From an uncultured delta proteobacterium (GTDB lineage: Bacteria; Desulfobacterota; Binatia; DP-6), in assembly GCA_963851365.1 (NCBI GenBank), contig CAWKPA010000003.1, positions 64,390 to 128,389 on the forward strand: a DNA stretch of 64,000 nt. Direction: 5' to 3'. The position numbers and the translations under genes are program-made. Under the pieces are notes generated by a model, which ran no database searches, was not told where the DNA came from, and was given only the letters and a program-made list of their open reading frames with translations. This document shows positions 10,064 to 20,213 of the stretch, piece by piece; the first letter of the stretch is position 1; each line of letters opens with the position of its first letter.

Positions 10064-10990
10064 CTACGGCTCCACCGGCACCGGCCGGCAGACGTCGTCC
10101 GCTGGGTTCGCTCGGTCCACGCGGTCCACGAAGCAGTCGGCGTCGCGGCCGCGCATTGTCGGCTCGTCGTTTCTCCAGTCTGCCTTCTTGCAGGCGCGCG
10201 CACCCGTTCGCGTTGTCACATCGATCCGGGCGCAGAACTGGGTGACCGAGCAGCCGGCGTCGTCCACCGGGTCTCCAGCGGCAGTGCCAGGGCAGCGGTC
10301 GGTGGCGTTGGTCTCCCCGTCACCGTCGGCGTCAGGCAGAGGCTGAGACTCACACGCCGCAAGGTCCTGTTGGCAGATGCCGAGATTCGTCTCGCACTGC
10401 GCCTGCTCGTTGTCGCGGTCGTTGGGGAAGGGGTCGCAGGCGTCACCGATCAGATCGAATCTGCGTCCTCCTGGCTGGGGTTCGGTTCGTTCGGGCAATT
10501 GTCAGCGTAGTCGGGTACACTATCGTTGTCGGTGTCTGGTGAACTGGTCGACTCCGCATTCACAAAGATTGTGGAGAAGCCGCTGATGGTTAGGTTCTCC
10601 GTGGACAATTGAACCTGATTCCCAGCCTCATCCCTCAATATAAGCAACAGGATCGTATAGGGTCCAAGCGGACTGTACTGCGGCAACGTGACTCTGCAGT
10701 TCTGAACCGAATCCAGGACGGTCCCCGATACGATCACGCAGAAAGGTGCTCCAGACCCGCCCCCAATTGGGCTTCGGTACACCCAACCCGCGTTGTCACC
10801 CGTAAAGCCGGAGAGATTGTCGAGAATCTCAATCGGTAAGGAGATGTCGGCGGGTCCGTTGGTCGTATCCACTACTGGGGTGTTGATGACCAGATCGGAC
10901 CAGCACCGGCGGCGTCGTGTCCTCCTGCGCCTCCACGCGAAGCGGCGCGATCAGGCTAACCGCCAGCAGGACTGCCAAGGAGCGTTCGGG
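10064..10990 (-). CDS. secreted thrombospondin type-3 repeat (TSP3) protein; reading frame broken at least twice (probable indel errors)
   Basis: TSP3 Ca-binding repeats DTDNDSVPDYADNCPNEPNPSQEDAD and DADGDGETNATDRCPGTAAGDPVDDAGCS. A signal-peptide-like LAVLLAVSLIAPLRVEAQ sits near 10960 in an adjacent frame. Confidence 0.5.
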
Positions 10991-11010
10991 TCATCGGCAT
11001 GCCCTCCCTT

Positions 11011-12094
11011 TTAGCGCGTCAGGAGCCACCCCGCACCGCGCGAACGCAGGTTGGGACTCCGTCTTGAAGCCCGCGTCGACGCTCCCGTCGCCGAAGTACA
11101 CGTCCCACGCGACTCCGGGTCAGCCTGGTAGGTAGTGGACGACCAGTAGTAATCGGACTGCGTGCACGAACACGTCATCACCGTGCACGCCGCGACGCAG
11201 CCCGTGTTGAACGCGGCGACACGGACGGGTTCACCGCCCCGTAGTTCACGAGGCTCTGCAGTTCGTTCACGTTCGGCAGCCGCCAGTCGGTGTAGCCCGC
11301 GAAGCCGCCGCCCGCCGTTCAGCGCCGCCACCTTGTCGCGAACGCGTTCGCCCAGGTGTACGTCGTGTCCTTGTCGTGGATGCTGCCGTCGTCCGACAGC
11401 TTCTCCCACATGAGCCCGGTCTTCGTGTCGGTGATCGTGCCGTCGCCGTTGTCCACGTAGGCGCGCGCGAGCCCCTTCTGCAGCTCGCCGTCCTGGCCCG
11501 TGCCGGCGCACGCGATGACCGCGCCGGCCGCGTCCCAGCACTGCGTCTGGCCGGTCTTCAGCCGCTGCCCCTGCGGCGCGGCCTGGCAGGTCGCCAGGTC
11601 GTTCTGGCAGGCGTCAGGTGCCGTGCAGGCGTGAGGCTGCCCTGCGTCGCGGTGAGGTCGATCTGGCAGGTGCCGAGATCGCCCGTGCAGTGCCGAGGTC
11701 GCCCTGACAGCGCGAGCAGGTCGCCCGGGCAGTCCGGCAGCACCCCGCCCGCCAGCGCCGTCGCCACGTTCGTCGTGTGCGTGTCGATCGCCCCCTGGAT
11801 CGCCTCTTGGTCGCCGGTGGTCTGGCACATCCCGCCCGCCTTCGACTCCAACAGCGGCCACTTCACGGCAAGCTTATAGGCGCACTTCTCCAGCGCGAGC
11901 TGGTAGGCGGCCGCGTCGCCCCTGGTGGCGAACCTCGCCTCGGCCTTATAGCGGCAGTTGGCGTAGCGGCCAGCTTCTTTGTTCTTGCTCGCCTGGCACG
12001 TCTGCGCGGGACTCACGGCGTCCGCCACGCGGGCTACTGCGCCGAGCCCCAGCACGAGCACGAGCATCGCGCCGACGCGCACCCTGGTTGCCAT
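11011..12094 (-). CDS. secreted DUF1566 (Lcl C-terminal domain) protein; split over three frames
   Basis: N-terminal signal [29 protein letters not shown]1566 core [31 protein letters not shown]...DYYWSSTTY. The ORF track splits it at 11011-11541, 11319-11861 and 11558-12364. Confidence 0.5.
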
Positions 12095-12110
12095 CGCACC
12101 CTCCCGTCGG

Positions 12111-12212
12111 GAGCGTAGGCGCGATAAAGCGGCGAAGGGCGACATAACGCCCGAACCCGGACGTTGGCGGTCCTGTCCCGCCCTGTCTCCCCTCACCCCC
12201 CCGGTTGCCGCG
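12111..12212. repeat. REP-X: ~100-bp GC-rich interspersed repeat with two 5-bp stem hairpins (copy 1, intact)
   Basis: agcgtaggcgcgataaagcggcgaagggcgacataacgcccgaacccggacgttggcggtcctgtcccgccctgtctcccctcacccccccggttgccgcgg. It recurs at 16064-16165. Copies at 20893 and 26380 are split by an IS. Confidence 0.7.
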
Positions 12213-12283
12213 GAATGGTCTGGCAGTGGATCGCCGTCGCGGTCACCTGATCGATCGGCATGCGAAGCGCCTCGATGTCCGCC

Positions 12284-12370
12284 GCCGTCACCGTCGCCGT
12301 CGTTACGGAAGGGCAGCGGTCGGGTAGACGCGCCGGGCGGCAGGCTGGTAGGGGTTGAGGGCAACTCGCC
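12284..12370. repeat. ~85-bp inverted repeat, left copy, flanking sulfatase/hydrolase module 1
   Basis: gttacggaagggcagcggtcgggtagacgcgccgggcggcaggctggtaggggttgagggcaactcgcccttttgaatcctct is the reverse complement of 15250-15335. A shorter relative is at 12412-12470. Confidence 0.7.
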
Positions 12371-12479
12371 CTTTTGAATCCTCTATCGGCTTTCGCCGAG
12401 AGCCGATGTGCGGTCGCTATTACGGAACGGCAGCGATCGGGTAGACGCGCCGGGCGGCAGGTTCGTAGCGACCGCCGCC

Positions 12480-13481
12480 TCAGACGCTGCGATAGCCGCC
12501 GTTCACCCAGGCAAGCAGCATCTCGGCGAACTCCTCGGCGTTGTCCTGGTAGCTGAAGTGGCCGCAGCGTTCGAAGATGCGCAGTTGACTGCGCTTCAGC
12601 CGCTGGTGCAGGCGCCGGGCATTCTCTTCAAGCAAAAACACGTCGAGGTCACCCCAGAAGATCTGCACCGGAAGGTCGAGGCCGGCCAGGTGGGGGTCCA
12701 CGGTTGCCAGGTTCTCGGGGTAGGTCTTGAACCAGTAGGTGATCGGACCCATCCGGCCGTCGTAGGAAGCGACGTAGTCGGCCACCTCGGCGGCATGGGG
12801 CACGTAGTTCACGCAGGCCAGACGGTAGGCCCCTTCGACAAAGGCCTGGGCGCCCGCGACACGGAAGATCGTGCGCCAGAAGCCGGAGTCGACGGCCTTG
12901 TTGATGATGCTGCCGTTGCTCGTCGGCAGGATGCCCGGGCCGTCACCAATCAGCAGGCTGGCCAGCTCGTGCTTCTGGTGGATCGCGTAGTGCAGCGCGG
13001 CGGCCATGCCGACGTCGGGCCCTACCATGTGGATATGCTTGAGCCCGAGCTCGCGCACGAACTCGACGAGGAAGCGGCTCTGCGCCTCGAAGCTCATGAA
13101 CTCCAGCCCGCCGCTGCTGCGGCCGAAGCCGGGCAGGTCGAGCGCGACCAGCCGGCAATGCGGCGCGAGCGTGCCCCAGATCGCGTCGAAGCACAGGATG
13201 CTCTGCGGCAGCGGGCACAACAACAGCACGACCGGCCCGTCCTTCCTTCCGCCCTGCGCGATGCGCACCTGGGTGCCGGCCACCGTGCGCATCTCGGTCT
13301 TCATGGTGAACCGGGCCGGGCGCGATTCGGCCCGGCCGGCGCCGGGGCGTGCCGCCTGCTTGATCTGCGAGAACTCCGGTGTCACGGCGAGCAGCACGCC
13401 GGCGTTGAGCTTGCCGAAAGGTCCGATCGGGTCGGGGGTGGTTTCCATGCGCGTCTCGATCTCTGGGATGGAGCGGATCAA
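12480..13481 (-). CDS. alpha/beta hydrolase fold protein (paralog 1)
   Basis: 333 aa: LLLCPLPQSILCFDAIWGTLAPHCRLVALDLPGFGRS...HMVGPDVGMAAALHY...ERCGHFSYQD. About 80% identical to the protein at 25347-26315. Confidence 0.75.
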   Translation of the reverse strand: MIRSIPEIETRMETTPDPIGPFGKLNAGVLLAVTPEFSQIKQAARPGAGRAESRPARFTMKTEMRTVAGTQVRIAQGGRKDGPVVLLLCPLPQSILCFDAIWGTLAPHCRLVALDLPGFGRSSGGLEFMSFEAQSRFLVEFVRELGLKHIHMVGPDVGMAAALHYAIHQKHELASLLIGDGPGILPTSNGSIINKAVDSGFWRTIFRVAGAQAFVEGAYRLACVNYVPHAAEVADYVASYDGRMGPITYWFKTYPENLATVDPHLAGLDLPVQIFWGDLDVFLLEENARRLHQRLKRSQLRIFERCGHFSYQDNAEEFAEMLLAWVNGGYRSV

Positions 13482-15248
13482 GGCTTACGGCCATCGGGCT
13501 CGATGAAGCCGTGCCACGGGCTCCAGTTGTCGGCGACCGGCACGAGGCCCTTCTGGGCAGCGAACTGGTCGTAGATGGCGATCAGCTTCTTCAGCCGCTC
13601 GGGTTGCGCGGCGTCGAGCGGCTGCGTTTCGCCCGGGTCGTTGCGAATGTCGTACAGGTGCCACTGGCCGTCGCCGTACATGCCCGGTCGCACCCGCATC
13701 GCCTTGTAGTCGCCGGCCACGACATAGCCGTTGCCGAACAGCTCGAAGACCACTGGCTGCGCTTCGGTGCGCGGCTGCTCGGCCCGGCCTTCGAGGAAGC
13801 TGCGCATCGAGACGCCAGAAGGCGCGGCGATCTTGCGGCCCCGGTAGCCCTGCGGCGCCGGCTGGACCCCGGCGTAGTCCAGGATCGTCATCGGCAGGTC
13901 CTTGACGTTCGCGTACTCGGCGCTCAACTGCCCGCGACGTGGGGACGGCTGGCTCCGCGGCGGGACCACGATCAGCGGCGTGCGCACGCCGCCTTCACCG
14001 ATGAACCACTTCCACCACGACAGGCCGCCGGTCACGGCATTGGCGAAGTCGGTGCCGATGAAGGCGTAGGAATCGCCCCAGCCGATGTGCTCGAAGGCCT
14101 GGCTGAAATTCGCGCTGCACCCACTTCGTGGCGCCCGGATTGCTGAGCGCGCCCTGGTCGTCGAAGCCCTCGGGGCCGTTGTCGGACAGGTAGACGATCA
14201 GCGTGTTGTCGAGCTGGCCGGTCTCGCGCAGGTAGTTCAGCAGCAGGCCGATGTGATGGTCCTGCGACTCCATCATCGCCGCGTAGGTGGCCATGACGCG
14301 CGCGAAGCGCCGCTTGTCGTCCTCGCTCAGCGACGACCAGCTGCGCAACAGGTGGTTCTTGCCGGCGTCGGGATACGGCGCGTCCTTCGGGAGGATCCCG
14401 AGCCGCTTCTGCGCCTCGAAGCGTTCGCGCTTCAGGCCCTCGAAGCCGAGCGCGTAGAAGTGCTGCTCGTACTTGTCGACCAGGAAGTCCGGCGCCTGCA
14501 CCGGCGCATGCGGCGTGGTGTAGGCGACGTAGGCGAAGAACGGCTTGCCGGTTGGGCGGCCCTGCTCCAGGTAGCTGAGCAGCTTGGCCGTGTACAGGTC
14601 GTCGGAGAAGATGCCCGTGGGGCGCACGACCCGCTCGCCGTTCTCGAAGTAGGGCTCCCTCGGGATCCTTCCGGCCTTGACGTCGGCGGCGGCTTGCGGG
14701 TCCTCGAGGTCGACGTGGAACACGCCGTCGTTCCAGTGGTTCGCGCCGCCGGTATAGATCCCGTAGCTGCGGTCGAAGCCCCACTGGGCAGGCGGCTCGC
14801 CGCCGTGGCGCGTGCCACCGAGGTGCCATTTGCCGACCATGTAGGTGCGGTAACCGGCGTCTTTCAGCAGCTCGGCGATGGTGGCCGTGGTGCGGGTCAG
14901 GTAGGCCTCGTAGCCGCGCTTGCCCTTGGCGCCGGGATAGAGCGAGTAGTCGAACGCGGCGAGCCCGATCTCAACCGGGTTGTTGCCCGTCAGCAGCATG
15001 GCGCGCGTGACCGAGCAGACCGGCGAGGCATGAAAGCGCGTGAACGTGGTCCCGTGCTGGGCCAGACGGTCGATGGTCGGCGTGCGAGTCGCCGCTCCGG
15101 TGAAACCGAAGTCTCCGAACGCGGCGTCGTCGGCGACGATCAGCAGGACGTTCGGCCTCGTTTCCGACGCTGTCTGTGCGTGCGCGGGCGCTGTTGGGGT
15201 GCAGAAACAGGCCCACGCGGCCAACAAAAACAGGGTCAAGGATCTCAT
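13478..15248 (-). CDS. sulfatase-family (alkaline-phosphatase superfamily) enzyme, paralog 1; split across two frames near 14000-14050
   Basis: Signal peptide, then NVLLIVADDAAFGDF...FTRFHASPVCSVTRAMLLTGNNP...YMVGKWHLGG. The C-terminal half is in ORF 13478-14035. About 80% aa identical to 23551-25311. The active-site pentapeptide is C-S-V-T-R, not the canonical C-x-P-x-R. Confidence 0.75.
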
Positions 15249-15249
15249 C

Positions 15250-15335
15250 GGGAGCGGATAGAGGATTCAAAAGGGCGAGTTGCCGTCAACCCCTACCAGC
15301 CTACCGCCCGGCGCGTCTACCCGATCGGTGCCCTT
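15250..15335. repeat. ~85-bp inverted repeat, right copy
   Basis: Reverse complement of 12284-12370. Confidence 0.7.
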
Positions 15336-15608
15336 CCGTAACGGAAGTTGGAGAGCGGTCTGCCGATTCGAGCTCGCGGGAACAGCGGTCGGCATACAGC
15401 AAGAGTCTCGATCTCGAGCTTGGCCCCCGCATTCCTTTGGGGCCGGGATGCGGAGCTTCAGCTCGAGGGCCCCTTTGCCACGCGCTTCGCGACGCGTCTG
15501 AGCTCGATATCACCTTGCCCCCTATGGACGTGCCCCGGTACCATTACACGGTAGCCACCCAGCCAGAGGTGTACAATGCCTAGATGCAGTCCCCGGACCG
15601 CCTCCTGC

Positions 15609-16070
15609 ATGGCTCGCGGCGCAGTCGCCCTCGCGATCGTCTGGTTCGTAGCAGTGTCGGGACAGGCTCGGGCGATTCCTCTGACGGATTGCACGGAGCG
15701 TATGGAGGGCGTTTTCACAAGCGCGAGTGGGGCGCGCAATCCGCTGCGACTCCGCATCGTGGTCACGGGCCCCGGGTTCGCCCTGTCGGGACGTTTCCGC
15801 TGCCGGCGCGGCTCCGCCGGTCGATGTGTAGTGCCGGTGGCGAGCGTCGACGGTCACCTGGTCGGGGATGCCGCGACGACGCGTTATCAGGTGTCCTTGT
15901 CTCGCGGCCACGGGGACGCGTATCGGCTGCTCTGCCGGCTGGACGGCACGGCACCGTTTCTCTTCGGCCTCTACCTCCCAGCTCTTGAGGGTACCTACAC
16001 CTGCGATGACGGTGGGGGATTGAGTGACCGGGGCACGTTTCAGCTCGTGGGTGTGGGCCGGGGTGCGTAG
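15609..16070 (+). CDS. hypothetical small secreted protein
   Basis: MARGAVALAIVWFVAVSGQARA is a signal peptide. Cys-rich, about 150 aa. No recognised domain. Confidence 0.3.
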   Translation: MARGAVALAIVWFVAVSGQARAIPLTDCTERMEGVFTSASGARNPLRLRIVVTGPGFALSGRFRCRRGSAGRCVVPVASVDGHLVGDAATTRYQVSLSRGHGDAYRLLCRLDGTAPFLFGLYLPALEGTYTCDDGGGLSDRGTFQLVGVGRGA

Positions 16071-16165
16071 GCGCGATAAAGCGGCGAAAGGCGACATAAC
16101 GCCCGAACCCGGACGTTGGCGGTCCTGTCCCGCCCTGTCTCCCCTCACCCCCCCGGTTGCCGCGG
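16064..16165. repeat. REP-X copy 2 (intact)
   Basis: Near-identical to 12111-12212. Confidence 0.7.
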
Positions 16166-16416
16166 TCGTGCGCTTCCACGGCCGTCGGCGCGAGACGTGG
16201 ACCAGGCCAGGCGTCGGCACGACCGAGCGCTTCCGCCACCGCTACACGGACGCGGAGCTCTCGGAGTGGGTTCCGCGCCTCCGCGCGCTGGCGGCCTCCA
16301 CGGGCCGCGTCTACGCCCTCATGAACAACTGCCACGGGGACGACGCGGTACGAGGAGCGAAGGATCTTGCCAGGCTCCTTGCAGAGGAAGAGGGCGGTTT
16401 TCTATAGGTACCAGTC

Positions 16417-19400
16417 ATGGTCCGGTTGTCGATTCGTCTCGAGGTTCTCATCGGTCTGCTCTCGCTCGTCCTCTTCGCGCCCATCCGGGGCATCGCCGCC
16501 GTCGAGTGTCCTCCGGCGCGCTATCTCGTACCGGACGGCTCGCCGGCCGCCGTGATCGAAGTGCTGGACGACGGCACGGTGGCGGTCGAAGGCGTGTGTC
16601 CTCCCATTCCTGCGAAGCTGAAGGGCAAGCGGCGCGTGCAGAAGGTGCGCGCCACGTGGCCCAAGGATGCGTGCCAGGGGCTTACCGGCAAGGTGAAGCT
16701 CAGGGCGAAGATCGACGAGACGTGTGGTACGCTTCGCGGCAAGCTACGCGCGAAGAAGCTTCGGCAGAAGTTCCTCGCGTCGGTCTCCCGATGCGACGAT
16801 GGTTTGCTCGATCCGCCGGTCGATGGAGCCTGTCCGCTGCTGGAGGGTCCGGGCGATGCGCTCGCGGTGGACGCGGTGCTCGACATGGATCGCGAGGACG
16901 GCGTGCCCGACGCCGAGCTGGAAGGCGACGAGGCCGACGGAATGGTCGCCCGCACGCGGCTCGAGGTCGAGATCATGCCGGACGCGACGGTCGGGCAGGT
17001 GAACGCCGCGATCGCCGAGGTGAGCGGCGAGGTGCTGCTCTCGATCCGCGGCATGCCGTTTCTCCTCGTTCGCATCCCCGACCCGGGAACCCGTGCGGCG
17101 CTGGATGACGTGGTCGCCACCATGGCGGGCATGCCTGGCATCGCGACGGTCTTGCCTGGTGCGGTGCCCGGCCCCGATGCGCTCCCGGCGAACTACGCGC
17201 CGATCACCGGCGCGGACCTCGGGCGCATCGACCATCATCTCGCCGTCCGGGCGCCCGCGGCGTGGAACGCGCAGGCGGCTGCGGTGGCGAACGTGAACGT
17301 CGTCGTGGCGGACCTGTTCGGGGGCGGTCCTCCGAACGGCGATCTCACCGCGACCATCACGTCGGCGGACTTCGCGACGGGTGCGCTCAGGGATCACGGC
17401 TACCATGTCTCCGGCATCGTCACGGGACGTTTCGGTGGGACGGCGTGTACGGGCGCGATCGGAACCACCGGCGCCGCCGGACGCGGCTGCGTGACCGGGA
17501 TGTATCCGGGGACGCCGCGGCTGCCCGTGGTCGATCTCCGGCTCGGCCTGACCGACCTCGCGGTGCAGAAACGCATTCTGGATCGCGTGTCGCTCGCGAC
17601 GGGGCCCGTCGTGGTCAACACGAGCCTCAACGACTGCGGGGACGGCGCGTGCGGCAACGCGGCGATCGCGGCCATTCTCGCGCGCCGGTGGGTCACCCTG
17701 GTGCGCGACATGGGGCTCGAAGAGCGGTTCCTGCACGTCACGACCTCGGGAAACATCAAGCTGCAGGCGCCGAGCGTCATCGACGCGCAGACGAACAGCG
17801 CGTACAGCGCGGCGGCGCTGCTGCCCGGTCTCACCACGGTGTTCGGCTTCGAGCTTCCGAACCTCACGAACCTCCTCGTCGTCGACAACGTCGCGAACGG
17901 TCCGGGGCCCGATTTCGCCCCGGTGTGCATGGACGAGACGTCGAAACGGGGCGGAACCATCAGCGGGATCGGCGCGGGGACCGGCGCGGGCTCCGGCGAC
18001 GACGTCTGGTCGTTCGCCGATGCGACACAGGCGAGCCGCTTCGCCGGTGGTACGTCGATGGCCGCGCCGCAGGTGAGCGGTCTCGCGGCATACCTCTGGA
18101 GCGTCGATCCAGGCATGACGGTCGCGGAGATGCAGTCGGCGTTGCTCCAGACGGCGCGTCCCGTCGTGCCGTCCACGACGGCCGGCGACTGCGCCGCCGC
18201 GGGCGTGGTGCCGGCGCCCATCATCGACGCCTACGACGCCATCCTCTCGCTCGATGCCGCGGAGCCGCCCGATCCGATCGTCGCGACCGTGCGCCACGCC
18301 ATCATGGATCACGACGGCGACGGGCGGTTCGACGACGCCGACGTGCGGGCGTTTCTGACCGCGTACTTCGATGGCTTCGTGTCGGCCGAACAGCCCGGTG
18401 CGCCCGTCGAGCCGATCGACCGGACCTTCGGTCGCGAAGATCTGAACGGCGACGGTTTCGTCGGCGGTGCGCGCACCGATGCCTTCGATCTCGATCGCGT
18501 GGACTCGGTGCAGTACGGCGTGAGCGGGTACGGTCTCGTCCAGCAGGGCGTCGAGAACGGGGTCGCGACCTTCGACGAGGCCGCGGTGACCGACCTCGAC
18601 GTCCTGTGCTTCTACGCGTACTCGGACCTCTACGAGGGAGCGTCCGCCGCCCGCACGACGCTCCTCGGGTCGGCGATCTGCAATCCCATCCGGCTGCTGA
18701 TCGGCTTTCCGTCCACGGTCGAGGTCGCCGTCCCCGAGGTGCTCTCCGTCGAGGTGCTCCGCGAGGATCCGCAGCTCGGCAGCGTGCCGCTCGCGGGGGC
18801 GCTCGTCGAGATCGACGTGCTCGGGGGGAACGCGCTGGCCGGCGACGGCGTGACGGACGGGCAAGGGCGGTTCGAGACGGAAGTGGCCGCGGACGGTAGC
18901 GCCTCGCCGATGCGGATCGTGGCGCGCGTTCGTGACGTTCCCGAGGGGCCGGTGCTGGTCGAGGGCTTCGTCGATGCGACGATCGCGACGACCACCACGA
19001 CCACGTCGACCACGCTCCCGCCGGGCAGCTCCTTCGTGTGTCACGATGCAGAAGTAGCCGAGCGCGAGGTGCCGTGGCAGGGATTCGGTGAAGACTGCGA
19101 TCCGTTTCCCGGCTGCGGATGCGAGGAGCGCTGCAGCCCCAGCCCGGACATCGAGCTCGAGGTCACCCAAGACGAGACGGAGCTGGTGGCCGCGTTTCGA
19201 AGGCGCTCCGGGGCAAGCCCCATCGCATTTTCCGGTGGCGCCGTGGAAAACGTCCTCACGATGGATCAGGTCGACGGGGACCTGCATCTCGTGGCAACAC
19301 TGCGATCCGACGGCGTGCTGGCCGGGCGGATCGATCGGGACTTCTTGTGCAACGGGTTCGTCTGTAAGAACGGTTGGGACTTCGAGCTCGGCTGCGGGGC

Positions 19401-20148
19401 CTCCCCGACGACGACGTCGAGCACGACGCTCGCCACGACCACCACCACCACCAGCAGCACCACCACCACGTCGACGACGGAGACGACGACCCCCACCACC
19501 AGTACGACGACGACCACGACGGCGACGTTGCCGCCGGGCGCCGGCTTCGACTACCGGCTCTACCCGGCCACGGGGCCCGACGCGCCCTCGGTCACCCTCG
19601 TCGACGAGTTCCGCAACGAGACCGTCGACCTCGATGCCGTCGACTTCCACCTGGCGCCGTCCGGCATTGGCGGGGCGTTCCCGGTCGATCCGAGGTCGGA
19701 CCTCACATGCTACCAGCACCCGGGCGCGGTCTTCTCCGGGAGCGCGAGCGTGGTGAATCGCTTCTCGGCGAATACGCAGGCGCTCACGCTGACGGGCCCG
19801 ATCGCGACCTGCGTGCCACGGGACGATGCGCTGGTGCAGGTGGATCATTTCACCTGCTATGGAGCGAGCGGGTCCAGCGTCGATACGCCGCTCACGATCT
19901 TCGATCGATTCCAGAGCGAGAGCGTGACCGTCGGTGCGCCGACGCTCTACTGCACGCCGACGGACAAGAACGGCGAGGGCGTGCTCGTCCCACCGACGCC
20001 GCAGGTCGTCTGCTATGGGGCGACGCCCCAGGGTGCGGCTCCAGGCGGGTTCGAGGTGACCAACCAGTTCCACACGGCGCCGCTGGACCTCGCCGCTCCG
20101 GCGGCGCTCTGCGTCAGCTCCTTCGTCGAGAGCGTGAGCGGGAGCTGA
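16417..20148 (+). CDS. large secreted subtilisin-like serine peptidase (S8 family), 1243 aa, with Thr-rich linkers and dockerin/EF-hand-like Ca-binding repeats
   Basis: Catalytic motifs: Asp NVVVADLF, His HGYHVSGIVTG, Ser GTSMAAPQVSG. N-terminal signal. Poly-Thr linkers (ATTTTTTSTT, TTTSSTTLATTTTTTSSTTTTSTTETTTPTTSTTTTTT). DHDGDGRFDDADVRAF and NGDGFVGGARTD repeats. Confidence 0.85.
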   Translation: MVRLSIRLEVLIGLLSLVLFAPIRGIAAVECPPARYLVPDGSPAAVIEVLDDGTVAVEGVCPPIPAKLKGKRRVQKVRATWPKDACQGLTGKVKLRAKIDETCGTLRGKLRAKKLRQKFLASVSRCDDGLLDPPVDGACPLLEGPGDALAVDAVLDMDREDGVPDAELEGDEADGMVARTRLEVEIMPDATVGQVNAAIAEVSGEVLLSIRGMPFLLVRIPDPGTRAALDDVVATMAGMPGIATVLPGAVPGPDALPANYAPITGADLGRIDHHLAVRAPAAWNAQAAAVANVNVVVADLFGGGPPNGDLTATITSADFATGALRDHGYHVSGIVTGRFGGTACTGAIGTTGAAGRGCVTGMYPGTPRLPVVDLRLGLTDLAVQKRILDRVSLATGPVVVNTSLNDCGDGACGNAAIAAILARRWVTLVRDMGLEERFLHVTTSGNIKLQAPSVIDAQTNSAYSAAALLPGLTTVFGFELPNLTNLLVVDNVANGPGPDFAPVCMDETSKRGGTISGIGAGTGAGSGDDVWSFADATQASRFAGGTSMAAPQVSGLAAYLWSVDPGMTVAEMQSALLQTARPVVPSTTAGDCAAAGVVPAPIIDAYDAILSLDAAEPPDPIVATVRHAIMDHDGDGRFDDADVRAFLTAYFDGFVSAEQPGAPVEPIDRTFGREDLNGDGFVGGARTDAFDLDRVDSVQYGVSGYGLVQQGVENGVATFDEAAVTDLDVLCFYAYSDLYEGASAARTTLLGSAICNPIRLLIGFPSTVEVAVPEVLSVEVLREDPQLGSVPLAGALVEIDVLGGNALAGDGVTDGQGRFETEVAADGSASPMRIVARVRDVPEGPVLVEGFVDATIATTTTTTSTTLPPGSSFVCHDAEVAEREVPWQGFGEDCDPFPGCGCEERCSPSPDIELEVTQDETELVAAFRRRSGASPIAFSGGAVENVLTMDQVDGDLHLVATLRSDGVLAGRIDRDFLCNGFVCKNGWDFELGCGASPTTTSSTTLATTTTTTSSTTTTSTTETTTPTTSTTTTTTATLPPGAGFDYRLYPATGPDAPSVTLVDEFRNETVDLDAVDFHLAPSGIGGAFPVDPRSDLTCYQHPGAVFSGSASVVNRFSANTQALTLTGPIATCVPRDDALVQVDHFTCYGASGSSVDTPLTIFDRFQSESVTVGAPTLYCTPTDKNGEGVLVPPTPQVVCYGATPQGAAPGGFEVTNQFHTAPLDLAAPAALCVSSFVESVSGS

Positions 20149-20213
20149 CGAGGAGCACGATTTCGGTTGACGGCGGGGGCATCCAGAAACTAGACACCCT
20201 GTAAGGTTTTCGG

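Noticed and set aside
11558-16407. ORFs beginning MPSTPTSLPPGASTRPLPFRNDGDGDGGGH..., ...GVRGDRAGQDRQRPGSGVMSPFAALSRLRS..., ...RDKAAKGDITPEPGRWRSCPALSPLTPP... (11558-12364 N-terminal part, 11979-12377, 15280-15501, 15522-16220, 16024-16407, 20405-20968, 26243-26710)
   Set aside because: They are translations of the REP-X repeat and the 85-bp inverted repeats on either strand. The same peptide recurs wherever the repeat occurs.
16116-20073. Antisense 1109-aa ORF (16744-20073, minus) and several 300-550-aa plus-strand alternative-frame ORFs inside the subtilase gene
   Set aside because: Extremely Arg/Gly-rich with no motifs. The in-frame S8 peptidase with its catalytic triad explains the region.
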